DNA of 40,000 bases from Photobacterium damselae (GCF_003026815.1 NZ_PYOG01000011.1:233-40232), one strand, 5' to 3'. Shown: positions 9,709-19,055, counted from the first letter of the stretch. The notes: generated by a model not told the origin, from the letters alone. Numbers and translations: made by a program.

Positions 9709-10089
9709 TTAATCGTCTAGTACACCACAATCTATGCAGCTTTGAAGTGCAATCTCATGGTCAAATACAGCCACGCCTTCAGCAGTCATATGCTCAGAAA
9801 CTTCATCAGCAACTTCTTCAGCATCTTCCGACTCAATATGACCGTGTTTTAATTCATCATCAGAGTAACCGTAGTAATTAAGCAGCAAGTAATCACGAGC
9901 TTCATCTTCAGTACATGTTACTTTTACAGAGAAATCAGGCTCGATATTACCTTCATTCATAAGAACCTTAACTTGCTCTAGGATCTCATCTTTCATACCA
10001 GCAGTTAACCAACCTAGATCTGTATCTACTTTGGTTTTCTTACAGTTATAACAAGGTAGTTTGTGGAAGTAATATTGGAAGTTAGTCAT
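9709..10089 (-). CDS. Hypothetical acidic protein, 126 aa, with terminal CxxC pairs
   Basis: ATG with AGGAA upstream. CYNC lies near the N-terminus and CIDC near the C-terminus, so a split Zn site is possible. The middle is highly acidic. It sits 24 nt upstream of the phosphorylase-like gene on the same strand. Confidence 0.55.
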   Translation of the reverse strand: MTNFQYYFHKLPCYNCKKTKVDTDLGWLTAGMKDEILEQVKVLMNEGNIEPDFSVKVTCTEDEARDYLLLNYYGYSDDELKHGHIESEDAEEVADEVSEHMTAEGVAVFDHEIALQSCIDCGVLDD

Positions 10090-10239
10090 TGTGAAATATT
10101 CCTATAAAAGAGATATACGCAAAAGAGTATGCTTCTTTCTTACCAAATACTAGAGGTAAAAGTAAAATGATGCCTTTTCAAACAATTAAGCAACAACTCT
10201 ATTTTAATCATTGATAAGCATACTCATCGATATCCAGCA

Positions 10240-11262
10240 TTAAGAACGTGGTGGTAATGCCTGTAAGATTCGAGATGCTTGCTCTGGTGTTAATGAATAA
10301 TCAAAGAAGTGCTGATAAAACTCTTGAGTGATTTTTGCTAAATTGTCATGTTTAAATAATTCAGGATGAAATGCTTTCGCCGCCCACTGAATTTGTAACG
10401 CACTTTCAGGACCATAGCGATCCCAAGTAAAGACACCCAAAGGATTTCGTAAAACATGACCGTCTTTAACCGCTTTTAATTGTTCAAGCAAAGATGCTTC
10501 AGAACTCTGTTTAATGTCTCCCGCATCGCCTTGCAAAATCACAATATCGGGTTGCCAAGCTAGGATTTGCTCCGCAGATACAGGTTGCATAGTCCCTTTT
10601 ACCTCAGCCACGTTACGACCACCAGCAATAGAAATCCAATCAGAAATTAAGGTTCCCTGCCCATCGACTTTTAACGGATTTAAAGATGAAATATGCAAAA
10701 CTTTTGGCCGCTGTTGCTCGGTTAATTTTTCTGTTTTTTTCTTAATGCGTTTAAGTTGATGCTGCAAATATTGATTGTATTCTTTCGCTCTTACCATTGC
10801 TTTTTCACTGCCCATTGCTTTGGCGGTAAGCAACATAGTTTTCTGCAAACCGTCTAATGTAGTGAAATGCACTTGAACCACTGGAATATTAACACTTTCC
10901 ATTGCGATACGTTGAGGGTTTCCAGTCATCACAAAAGCAAGTTGAACATCACGATTAAGTAGCGATTCAATATTAAAGATCTTCCCTTGGCCCAAAAGAG
11001 CATGATTAAGTGATGGTTGAATTTTAAACATCCAAGGACGACTTTCAGGATGATTAATCGTTGCAACAATTTTATCACCTTCACCCAATGCCATAAGCTC
11101 TGTTGTGTGTGAATACCAAGCATCTGCAACGCGTTCAATTGGATGATTTGGCAACACAACTTTTGCTCCCGTATCATCAATAACCGTTCGTGTTGTTGAG
11201 GTTGCCATTGCAGATACTGAAATCAATGAGCAAACCAATGCGACTGTCGCCTTTAGCTTCAT
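10240..11262 (-). CDS. ABC importer periplasmic substrate-binding protein (iron-chelate / cobalamin-type, Peripla_BP_2-like)
   Basis: Signal peptide MKLKATVALVCSLISVSAMA. Two-lobe PBP pattern. Start overlaps the ATPase stop (ATGA). Operon context with a FecCD permease. Confidence 0.8.
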   Translation of the reverse strand: MKLKATVALVCSLISVSAMATSTTRTVIDDTGAKVVLPNHPIERVADAWYSHTTELMALGEGDKIVATINHPESRPWMFKIQPSLNHALLGQGKIFNIESLLNRDVQLAFVMTGNPQRIAMESVNIPVVQVHFTTLDGLQKTMLLTAKAMGSEKAMVRAKEYNQYLQHQLKRIKKKTEKLTEQQRPKVLHISSLNPLKVDGQGTLISDWISIAGGRNVAEVKGTMQPVSAEQILAWQPDIVILQGDAGDIKQSSEASLLEQLKAVKDGHVLRNPLGVFTWDRYGPESALQIQWAAKAFHPELFKHDNLAKITQEFYQHFFDYSLTPEQASRILQALPPRS

Positions 11263-12053
11263 AAAAAATCCTTAGTATTATTATTTTGGCTATAAAAAGG
11301 AGTAAAAAAACGCCCCTCAGTGAAATCTAGCTGATTGACGGATAAACCATATAGTTGATGAATAAGCTGCGTATCTATAACCTGATGTGGACGGCCATCA
11401 GCAATAATTTCTCCCTGATGAAGAGCAATAGCCCGGTCAGAAAACATTAAGGCATGCTCTGGATTATGAGTAATGGTTAAAATGGTTCGCCCTGAATGAG
11501 CAATCTCCTTTAACAACATTAATAAACGAAGTTGACTGCCATAGTCCAAACCGTTTGTTGGCTCATCAAGTAGAATAATAGGTGTTTGTTGGACCAGAGC
11601 ACGAGCCAGTAACGTTCGTTGCCGCTCACCACCAGATAGTTGGGTATAATTACGAGCGCGTAATGACATTACATCCATCTGTATCATTGCTTGCTCTATT
11701 AATTGCTTTTGCTCTGTGGTTATAACGCGAAATAATCCAGCTTGAGGCAAACAACCTTGTTCAATAACTTGCTCTACAGTATAGGGAAAGTGAGGAGAAT
11801 GTTGCTGCGGTACGTAAGCGATATGTTTGGCGATATCTCTTCGACGCCATTGATTAAGAGGCTTATTATGCAGTTCAATTTTCCCTGATTGAGGCGTGAG
11901 TATTCCAAGCATCAATTTAAGTAAGGTACTTTTCCCTGCGCCATTTGTCCCTAATAATGCTACCGATTCTCCAGCACTTAGTTGCAAGGAAACATTACGT
12001 AAAATATGACGTTCATCAATAGAATAAGAGAGGTGTTGGCAGTTAAATAACAT
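11259..12053 (-). CDS. ABC importer ATP-binding protein (FecE/BtuD/HmuV-like)
   Basis: Walker A GTNGAGKST, signature LSGGERQR, Walker B ILLDEPT, H-loop TITHN. Confidence 0.88.
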   Translation of the reverse strand: MLFNCQHLSYSIDERHILRNVSLQLSAGESVALLGTNGAGKSTLLKLMLGILTPQSGKIELHNKPLNQWRRRDIAKHIAYVPQQHSPHFPYTVEQVIEQGCLPQAGLFRVITTEQKQLIEQAMIQMDVMSLRARNYTQLSGGERQRTLLARALVQQTPIILLDEPTNGLDYGSQLRLLMLLKEIAHSGRTILTITHNPEHALMFSDRAIALHQGEIIADGRPHQVIDTQLIHQLYGLSVNQLDFTEGRFFTPFYSQNNNTKDFL

Positions 12054-12057
12054 TGTC

Positions 12058-13104
12058 TTATCTCGCTTGCCACGTTCGAGTGAGTAAAAAAAAGAATATC
12101 ACCGCACCCAGTAATTCAGTGACAACACCAAGAGGGATCTCACTGCTTGTCAACATTCTCGCTAAATCATCAGCAATTAATAAAAAGATAGCGCCAAGCA
12201 ACGCGCTTAAAGGTAGAACAAAGCGATGACTGGCCCCCCAGATCAAACGAGTAAGATGAGGGATCAGCAGGCCAACCCAGCCAACGACACCAGCAATACA
12301 GACAGTAATAGCAGAAATAATCGTTGCCAAAAAGATAACACCATAACGCATTGTTGATACGGGGATCCCAAGACTCAATGCTTCATCATCTCCCAGCGAC
12401 ATAGCATCTAATACTCGGCCTAAAACCAGCAGCAGAGCCATTGCAATAACCATAATAGGCAATGTCACTTCAAGCAAAGGTAAAGATACGGAGCTTAAAC
12501 TGCCTAGTAACCAATAGATAATACCCGGGAGCTGATTTTCAGGATCTGCCATATATTTTACTAATGACAATAGGCCTGCAAACAACGCATTGCTGATAAT
12601 GCCACCTAAAATCAAAAGAAGAATAGAATCGCCCCCAATACGTTTAGCAATCAAGACTCCGATCGCAACGGCTAAACAACCAAATAAACAAGCTAACAAT
12701 GGCACGCCATAGAGTCCCGCCTGTAACACCAATCCTAGCGCAGCCCCAAATGCACACCCATTGAGAACACCTAATAATCCAGGGGAGACGAGTGGATTTC
12801 GAAAAACGGCTTGGAAAGCACTACCAGCGATGGCTAAGCCTGCACCAACAATTAATGCAGTGATGACTCTAGGTAATCGAGCATGAAACACAACTGCTTT
12901 TATCACTTCATAATGGTTGGATTCCAGATCTGGATGTCCAAGCGCGGTTTGCAAAGCAGCAACAAGATCATGAAACGAAATGGCATAGCGCCCAAGCAGT
13001 AGAGAAGAGATCGCCAGCAGAGTCATAACCGCTGCGGTAAGTTTGATAGATAAACGCAGATCTCCTCGTATCTCAACAGGTTTGATACGAGACAGTAATT
13101 TCAT
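12058..13104 (-). CDS. ABC importer permease, FecCD/BtuC family
   Basis: About 10 predicted TM helices and FecCD-type Gly-rich blocks (PRVITALIVGAGLAIAGSAFQAVFRNPLVSPGLLGV). Confidence 0.88.
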   Translation of the reverse strand: MKLLSRIKPVEIRGDLRLSIKLTAAVMTLLAISSLLLGRYAISFHDLVAALQTALGHPDLESNHYEVIKAVVFHARLPRVITALIVGAGLAIAGSAFQAVFRNPLVSPGLLGVLNGCAFGAALGLVLQAGLYGVPLLACLFGCLAVAIGVLIAKRIGGDSILLLILGGIISNALFAGLLSLVKYMADPENQLPGIIYWLLGSLSSVSLPLLEVTLPIMVIAMALLLVLGRVLDAMSLGDDEALSLGIPVSTMRYGVIFLATIISAITVCIAGVVGWVGLLIPHLTRLIWGASHRFVLPLSALLGAIFLLIADDLARMLTSSEIPLGVVTELLGAVIFFFLLTRTWQAR

Positions 13105-13204
13105 AGAGGTTTAAGTTTAATTATTCCGATATGTAATCAAGTATACATTGAAAGAATATTAACTCAAAATACAGTTGCATCTCTATAGATATAAATTAAG
13201 AAGG

Positions 13205-13239
13205 ACCCAAGTGATTGAAGAATGTGAAGTCACTTGGGT
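13205..13239 (-). terminator. Stem-loop downstream of the beta-lactamase gene
   Basis: ACCCAAGTGA / TCACTTGGGT forms a perfect 10-bp stem with a 15-nt loop. On the minus strand it is followed by CCTTCTTAATTTAT. Confidence 0.5.
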
Positions 13240-13291
13240 ATACCGCTAGATTTTAATAGATTGACTAACTACTTTTAATTACAGGTTCTCG

Positions 13292-14218
13292 TTAAAAGTA
13301 AGTAAACACTTGCTTACCTATTGTGGCAATTGCTTTATTTCTCTCATCCATTGATGCCGAACTTTGTTGAATATAAATACTCACAACCATTGGCTCATGC
13401 TCCGTTGGCCAAACGACTGCGGTTATACCTCGGGATCCAAAACCACCGGCACCCGAGCGATCCGCAATCTTCCATCCCTTAGGTAAAACGGAACGTAATA
13501 ACGGTGCAGCAACCTGATTCCCTTCCATCCAGGTAATTAACTGCTGCTGAGATGGTTTCGTTAAAATATGCTCACTTAGCATCAGCTTATTCAAGGTTTC
13601 AGCGATGGCAATTGGCGTTGTCGTATCACGAGGATCATTGAGTTTTGCTTCATTTAAGGTCGGCTCTGTTCTATCTAACCGCGTAGTGCTATCCCCAACT
13701 CGACTGCGTAAAAACTCAGTTAACTGCTCCGGGCCACCCACGGCATGGAGTACGATGTTTGCGGCAGTATTATCGCTAAAGGTCATGGTCGCATCACACG
13801 CTTGTTTAGGTGTAAAACGCTTTCCAACCCATTTTTCAGTCACGGGAGAATACGTTACAAGCTCCGATTTTTTAATTACCACTGGATAAGTAAGTACTGA
13901 CTTATCTTTATCTGAGTCTGCCAATAACTTTGCGCATGCTAAGCTTTTAAATGTGCTCATCATTGGAAAACGCATCTCACCATTATAGTTCCAAACAGAT
14001 CCTGAATCCGTATCAAGAACAGCCATGCCAATAGTGCCATTTAATGCTTTTTCTTGTTGTTTTATGATATTAACCAAAGCCTTTTGCTGTTGTGATGTAA
14101 ATGGCTCTGCAGATGCACTTGTACTAAGTAATAGCGAACATCCTAAAACCGCAATCAGACTACTTTTATGACCGTTTGAAATCACGTAATTATTCTCATC
14201 TATTAATGTTATAAGCAT
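13292..14218 (-). CDS. Class A beta-lactamase, CARB/PSE-like
   Basis: Motifs STFK (MMSTFKSLACAKLL), SDN (FSDNTAAN), E166xxLN (RTEPTLNEA) and RSG in place of KTG (IADRSGAGGFGSRGITAVVW). Long colinear similarity to PSE-4/CARB as I remember it. The start is uncertain: ATG at 14218, or GTG at 14185, which gives a cleaner signal peptide. Confidence 0.9.
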   Translation of the reverse strand: MLITLIDENNYVISNGHKSSLIAVLGCSLLLSTSASAEPFTSQQQKALVNIIKQQEKALNGTIGMAVLDTDSGSVWNYNGEMRFPMMSTFKSLACAKLLADSDKDKSVLTYPVVIKKSELVTYSPVTEKWVGKRFTPKQACDATMTFSDNTAANIVLHAVGGPEQLTEFLRSRVGDSTTRLDRTEPTLNEAKLNDPRDTTTPIAIAETLNKLMLSEHILTKPSQQQLITWMEGNQVAAPLLRSVLPKGWKIADRSGAGGFGSRGITAVVWPTEHEPMVVSIYIQQSSASMDERNKAIATIGKQVFTYF

Positions 14219-14355
14219 TTCCAATTGTAATCACTAACTCTCTATTTTACTGTGATTTTTTTGTAAACGAACTTAAATACCCTCACTCTCTCTGGGTTGT
14301 TTTCTTAGCGATCTTAAGCCATCTTAAAGATGAGTACAGACCAAACGAGATAACT

Positions 14356-15831
14356 ATGAAGCGCTTAGATCAATTAGTATTTAATAATACCTACCGTCAA
14401 CTCCCTGATGTATTTGGCCAAGCTGTTACGCCAATAGGCCTTGATAATGCTTTCTTAGTCAGCGCCAACCCTGAGGTCGCGGCTTTACTTGATCTTAATC
14501 CTGAAGAGCTATATACACCCTCGTTTGTTCGCATATTCAGTGGTAATCAACAATTGGCGCAATTTAACCCCATTGCGATGAAATATACGGGACATCAATT
14601 TGGTCAATACAATCCCGATTTAGGTGATGGCAGAGGACTACTATTAGGAGAGGTCGTCACAGATCGAGGGCAAAAATGGGATCTTCACTTAAAAGGATCA
14701 GGTAAAACACCCTATTCTCGTATGGGTGATGGTCGAGCGGTTCTTCGTTCTAGTATTCGAGAATATCTAGCCAGTGCTGCTATGTCTGGCTTAGGCATTC
14801 CAACTACTCATGCGCTTGCGATTATAGGCAGTGAAACTCCCGTCTATCGAGAGCAGCAAGAATATGGAGCAACTTTAATTCGAGTTGCAGAAAGCCATAT
14901 TCGCTTCGGTCACTTTGAATATCTCTTTTTTACTCGCCAGTATCCAGCCCTAAAGCGATTAATGGATTACGTTATTGATCACCACTACCTAGATCTAAAA
15001 CAGCAAGAAAACCCCTATCAAGCGTTATTTGATCGAATCTGTGAAACGACAGCAGAAATGATTGCAGCATGGCAAGCTGTAGGGTTCGCTCACGGTGTAA
15101 TGAATACTGATAACATGTCTATTCTTGGGTTAACCTTTGATTACGGCCCCTATGCATTTTTAGACGATTACATGCCTAACTTTATCTGTAATCACTCAGA
15201 TTACTCAGGCCGATACGCCTTTAATCAACAGCCAGGCATTGGATTGTGGAACCTAACGGCATTAGGCTATGCTTTCTCTGCTTTTGTCGATAAAAACCAT
15301 ATTGAATCAGCACTTGAACACTACCAAGTCCATTTACAACAACGGTATTCACAGCGGATAAAAAGTAAGTTAGGGCTTACATTAAATGATGATAGTGATA
15401 GTGAATTAGGTAACCGACTTTTCACTATACTAGCTGAACAAGAGGCTGATTATACGCTATTTTTTAGAACGCTATCCTCCATTCCTTATGAGGCGTTAGC
15501 CGAAGCTATGCCAAAATTTGAAGACATAGTGGATGATCCGATGGCATTAGCCCCTTGGTTAACCACCTATAAAAAGCGAATAAAGCAAGAACTGACTCAG
15601 CAAACCGATCTTAAGCGTCTGGAACAGATGAAACAGGCTAACCCTAAATTTATTCTACGCAACTACCTTGCTCAACAAGCAATAGAACATGCAGAAAGAG
15701 GCCACTATGAGAAAATTGAAGCTCTACTTCATGTTTTACGCGACCCTTTTTCTGAACATCCACAGTTTGAACATCTAGCTCAGCAGCCTCCATACTGGGG
15801 AAAGCATCTGCCGATCAGTTGTTCTTCTTGA
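14356..15831 (+). CDS. selO: Protein adenylyltransferase SelO (YdiU, UPF0061)
   Basis: Family blocks GHQFGQYNPDLGDGRGLLLGE, LKGSGKTPYSRMGDGRAVLRSSIRE and HGVMNTDNMSILGLTFDYGPY. C-terminus ..ISCSS. Confidence 0.9.
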   Translation: MKRLDQLVFNNTYRQLPDVFGQAVTPIGLDNAFLVSANPEVAALLDLNPEELYTPSFVRIFSGNQQLAQFNPIAMKYTGHQFGQYNPDLGDGRGLLLGEVVTDRGQKWDLHLKGSGKTPYSRMGDGRAVLRSSIREYLASAAMSGLGIPTTHALAIIGSETPVYREQQEYGATLIRVAESHIRFGHFEYLFFTRQYPALKRLMDYVIDHHYLDLKQQENPYQALFDRICETTAEMIAAWQAVGFAHGVMNTDNMSILGLTFDYGPYAFLDDYMPNFICNHSDYSGRYAFNQQPGIGLWNLTALGYAFSAFVDKNHIESALEHYQVHLQQRYSQRIKSKLGLTLNDDSDSELGNRLFTILAEQEADYTLFFRTLSSIPYEALAEAMPKFEDIVDDPMALAPWLTTYKKRIKQELTQQTDLKRLEQMKQANPKFILRNYLAQQAIEHAERGHYEKIEALLHVLRDPFSEHPQFEHLAQQPPYWGKHLPISCSS

Positions 15832-15912
15832 GTCTCAACTTTAAGCAACATACCTAATCATTACGCCATTAAAATTACAGGAGATGAAATCAATCAGATA
15901 TGAGGAAACATA

Positions 15913-16773
15913 ATGAACTGGCGCTTAATGAGCATAGGCTTTTGTTCATTACTTCTAATGGGTTGTAATGACGATAACGATAACTTATTTACGACATCCA
16001 ATGCTCCGGAACAAAATACACCAACAGAAGAAACCCCATCGGCAGAATTTCCACCATCAAGTAATACAGAACCTGAGTTATTTATAGAACCTGAATGCGA
16101 CCTAGAGAATATTAATTTACTCGACTTTGAGCAATGGCAAAGAGAAGATGGATGGTGGGTTGGTGAATATACACTCTTAGGTGCAGATGGAAACCCTCAA
16201 GTATCAAACAGTTGGCCATATCAATATGATCATTACATGGGATTTATACACTTAGAGGTTATTGGCAATAGTATCAAACAACGAAATGTCTTCTTATATC
16301 CACCTAAAAATGTTGATGAATGTGACTCAGATAATCAAGTTATTGGCAATGGTGTCTGTGGTATAAATGGTAATGAAAAGATATTTAGTGCAGATCAAAG
16401 TGCTAGTGACTGTGACGGGAACCTAACTGGACCATATATTGCCTTCGGTATGACGATGGATACTCATACGACACTTATTGGTGATGATACTGTGTTATAC
16501 CAAGTTAGAATGTCTGATGGCAGTTTAATGCAAAATCAACTGACAAGCCTCCCACCAAATGATACTCGGGTGAGAACAGCTCAAGGTTTTTTCATGAACA
16601 CACCAACCTATGCCAGCTACTATCGAGAACGTAAGGTAACTAAGGAAGAATTTTTCGAACTCATAACTCAATACCGTCAAGAGTATCAAATTCTTGAAAC
16701 CGATCATTGTGCTTATGACTCAGGTAATCAGCCCAGCCAAACAACATGTGATGAACATTTTGAGTTAGAGTAA
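15913..16773 (+). CDS. Putative lipoprotein, 286 aa, function unknown
   Basis: GAGGAA SD. Lipobox in MNWRLMSIGFCSLLLMGC followed by a Pro/Thr/Glu-rich linker. Several Cys pairs. No family recognised. Confidence 0.7.
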   Translation: MNWRLMSIGFCSLLLMGCNDDNDNLFTTSNAPEQNTPTEETPSAEFPPSSNTEPELFIEPECDLENINLLDFEQWQREDGWWVGEYTLLGADGNPQVSNSWPYQYDHYMGFIHLEVIGNSIKQRNVFLYPPKNVDECDSDNQVIGNGVCGINGNEKIFSADQSASDCDGNLTGPYIAFGMTMDTHTTLIGDDTVLYQVRMSDGSLMQNQLTSLPPNDTRVRTAQGFFMNTPTYASYYRERKVTKEEFFELITQYRQEYQILETDHCAYDSGNQPSQTTCDEHFELE

Positions 16774-16816
16774 TACTCTAAACAATATAGGTAACATGGC
16801 CTGATAAAAATAAAAA

Positions 16817-16837
16817 GACCCGCTAATTTAGCGGGTC
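16817..16837. terminator. Bidirectional rho-independent terminator between convergent genes
   Basis: GC-rich stem GACCCGCTA-ATT-TAGCGGGTC. An A-run lies on the 5' side and AAGAAAAGCTTTTTT on the 3' side. Confidence 0.7.
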
Positions 16838-16868
16838 AAGAAAAGCTTTTTTGGGTAAAAAAGATAAA

Positions 16869-17477
16869 TTAAAATCGGTATTGCACACCCAGTGTTAGCA
16901 TATCTACAGAAGCTACTTTAGTTCCATCTGATTTTAGGCTGTTAGCATCCCCAGCAAATACATGGCTATATTCAGCATTCATACCCAGTTCTGGCGTGAA
17001 GTCATAACCAAATCCTAAAGCAACCTTAGGTTTAATTTCGTTCTTATTTTTGCCAATCAGACCAAGACCATCAACTGTTAGCTTCTGGTTCACATATGCA
17101 AGGCCAGCCTTACCAAAAACATTCCATTGAGAAGAAAAATTATATTTCGCTACACCTAAAAGATCTAAATTGTAGCCCTTATAATCCATGCGAAAAAAGT
17201 CACCAATTCGGTACTTATTTTTAGCATAAGTGTCGAAACCAAGTTCTACACCGTACTCCACTTGCTGTGTCTGCCAAAGGTAACCAGCATCAATACCACC
17301 AGCTAAACCTCTTAATTCATAAGAACTGGTTTGGTTAACCTCAAGATCTGGAGTATCCATACCACCGCTACCAATATTAACGCCGATGTACGGACCTGCT
17401 TTAGCCATAGCACTACCACACACCAAAGAACTTAGTACACCAGCAACAATCAATAGACCTTTCATACTCTTCATCAT
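16869..17477 (-). CDS. Small outer-membrane beta-barrel protein (OmpA-N/OmpX-like, 202 aa)
   Basis: Signal peptide ..LIVAGVLSSLVCGSAMA|KA. Alternating amphipathic strands rich in G/Y. Typical C-terminal ..LGVQYRF. The start could be any of three clustered ATGs (17477, 17474, 17465). Confidence 0.75.
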   Translation of the reverse strand: MMKSMKGLLIVAGVLSSLVCGSAMAKAGPYIGVNIGSGGMDTPDLEVNQTSSYELRGLAGGIDAGYLWQTQQVEYGVELGFDTYAKNKYRIGDFFRMDYKGYNLDLLGVAKYNFSSQWNVFGKAGLAYVNQKLTVDGLGLIGKNKNEIKPKVALGFGYDFTPELGMNAEYSHVFAGDANSLKSDGTKVASVDMLTLGVQYRF

Positions 17478-17502
17478 CTCTTACTTATTTTTATGACAGA
17501 AT

Positions 17503-17549
17503 CACAAATAAAAAAATAAACACACTGTTTTATTAACTGAACACAGTGT
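17503..17549 (-). terminator. Rho-independent terminator after hypB
   Basis: ACACTGT / ACAGTGT stem (17522-17549). On the minus strand it is followed by TTTATTTTTTTATTT. Confidence 0.6.
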
Positions 17550-17632
17550 AAATGACGGAAGCAAAAAGGTAAGTCACATTAATGTGCTTTAATGTAATTA
17601 TTCGTCACGGCTATGTATTTATCTCCATAATA

Positions 17633-18700
17633 TTATTTTTGTACTAATTGCTCATTGAGCCATGTAAGCCAAGCCGCCATACCCTCACCTGTTTTTGCTG
17701 ATAATTTGATGATCTGAATCTGAGGATTTACTCGACGAGCATTAGCAATACAGGTGTCAATATCAAAATCAAGGTAAGGCAGTAGATCCACTTTGTTTAA
17801 GACCATCACCTTCGCCGCAGCAAACATATTAGGATATTTAAGCGGTTTATCTTCTCCTTCGGTCACAGACAAAATGGCTACTTTACAATCTTCACCCAAA
17901 TCAAAACTTGCAGGACAGACTAAATTACCTACGTTTTCAATAAAGATAAAACCACGTTCATTACTGGCTAATTGATGATAAGCATCATGTACCATTTGTG
18001 CATCAAGATGACACCCTTTGCCCGTATTCACCTGAATAGCAGCAACCCCAGTCGCACGAATACGATCTGCATCATTGGTTGTTTGTTGATCGCCTTCAAT
18101 GACCGCACAAGGCCACTGTTTCGAAAGTAGAGTTAACGTTTCTGTTAAGAGTGTCGTTTTACCTGAACCTGGGCTTGAAACCAGATTTAATACACACTGT
18201 TGGTGTTCAGAAAAATGTTGACGATTATAAGCCGCAAGGTGATTGTTATTACCCAGAATATCTTGCTCTAAAGTCAATAGTTGACGCTGGGATACACCAG
18301 AGACATGGACTTGTGCCTCACCCTTACCATAATGAAGATCACCCGATTCAAGTTGTTCTGGATAGTGGTCATGGTGGTCATGGTGGTCATGGTGGTCATG
18401 GTGGTCATGGTGGTCATGGTGGTCATGGTGGTCATGGTGGTCATGGTGGTCATGGTGGTCATGGTGGTCATGGTGGTCATGGTGGTCATGGTGGTCATGA
18501 GTATGACTGTGATGATGACCCTGTCCAGGATTAGATGATTTAACATCACCGTTTGAACCATAAATATGTAAGTGAACATCCCCTTGATTGTAATAATGGT
18601 GATGAACAATTACGGTTGGTGTTGAGGTTTTATCCTCATGATGATGGTGATGGGTATGACCTTCTACTTGGCTATCTCCACAGCCACAAACACTGCACAT
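17633..18700 (-). CDS. hypB: Hydrogenase nickel-incorporation GTPase HypB with a very long His-rich insert
   Basis: N-terminal CSVCGCG high-affinity metal motif. GTPase motifs [19 protein letters not shown] and NKVDL. About 100 residues are dominated by His and Asp. The ATG directly abuts the hypA stop (TAAATG). Confidence 0.93.
   Translation of the reverse strand: MCSVCGCGDSQVEGHTHHHHHEDKTSTPTVIVHHHYYNQGDVHLHIYGSNGDVKSSNPGQGHHHSHTHDHHDHHDHHDHHDHHDHHDHHDHHDHHDHHDHHDHHDHHDHHDHYPEQLESGDLHYGKGEAQVHVSGVSQRQLLTLEQDILGNNNHLAAYNRQHFSEHQQCVLNLVSSPGSGKTTLLTETLTLLSKQWPCAVIEGDQQTTNDADRIRATGVAAIQVNTGKGCHLDAQMVHDAYHQLASNERGFIFIENVGNLVCPASFDLGEDCKVAILSVTEGEDKPLKYPNMFAAAKVMVLNKVDLLPYLDFDIDTCIANARRVNPQIQIIKLSAKTGEGMAAWLTWLNEQLVQK
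18365..18499. repeat. 15 perfect tandem copies of the 9-bp unit GTGGTCATG, encoding (Asp-His-His)15 inside hypB
   Basis: Counted directly: 135 nt with no substitution. It is in frame on the minus strand (GAC CAC CAT). Confidence 0.95.
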
Positions 18701-19042
18701 TTACGCAACCTCAATTTGTTTAATTTTTAATTCTTCGCCAGTTTCTATCGCTAATTGATAACCACCACACAAAGGGCAACACATATCTCGCTGTTGTAAC
18801 TCAATATTTTTTTTGCAGTGGGAGCACCAAGCAGTGGCTTTAATATGATTAATTTTAAGCCTAGCCCCTTCAGCTATTGTCTCTCGACAAGCAAATTCAA
18901 ATCCAGTTGCTAACGCCTGAGGCTCAATACATGACAAAGCGCCAATATCTAACTCAACCAGCGTTACCTTCTGAAATCCTTGGGCTTTAGCATGAGCCAC
19001 AACGGCATCAACCGTATTGATACTTAAAGAAAGTTCGTGCAT
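18701..19042 (-). CDS. hypA: Hydrogenase nickel insertion protein HypA
   Basis: MHELSL N-terminus (MHE nickel site), CxxC...CxxC zinc motif (CSHC, CPLC), 113 aa. SD AGGTGGTGA. Confidence 0.9.
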   Translation of the reverse strand: MHELSLSINTVDAVVAHAKAQGFQKVTLVELDIGALSCIEPQALATGFEFACRETIAEGARLKINHIKATAWCSHCKKNIELQQRDMCCPLCGGYQLAIETGEELKIKQIEVA

Positions 19043-19055
19043 TTGTCATCACCAC

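Noticed and set aside
10125-10225. 10-bp inverted repeat GAGTATGCTT / AAGCATACTC separated by 81 nt
   Set aside because: A single short repeat with a long AT-rich spacer and no supporting internal structure. It is compatible with chance in an intergenic promoter/terminator region.
13105-13204. A cobalamin riboswitch or Fur box upstream of the FecCD-type ABC operon
   Set aside because: The leader is under 100 nt and AT-rich. It has no recognisable B12 box and no 19-bp Fur palindrome, so the substrate cannot be inferred from regulation.
18365-18499. Tandem repeats at 18365-18499 and 33217-33264 as possible CRISPR arrays
   Set aside because: The units are 9 bp and 12 bp, directly abutting with no spacers. 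One is in-frame coding sequence and the other sits in a promoter region. There are no cas genes.
18151-18609. Track ORFs 18151-18534 (+, GHG repeats), 18274-18609 (-, MTT repeats) and 18281-18538 (+, VMV repeats)
   Set aside because: These are alternative-frame readings of the 9-bp tandem repeat inside hypB. The hypB frame has full-length homology including the GTPase motifs.
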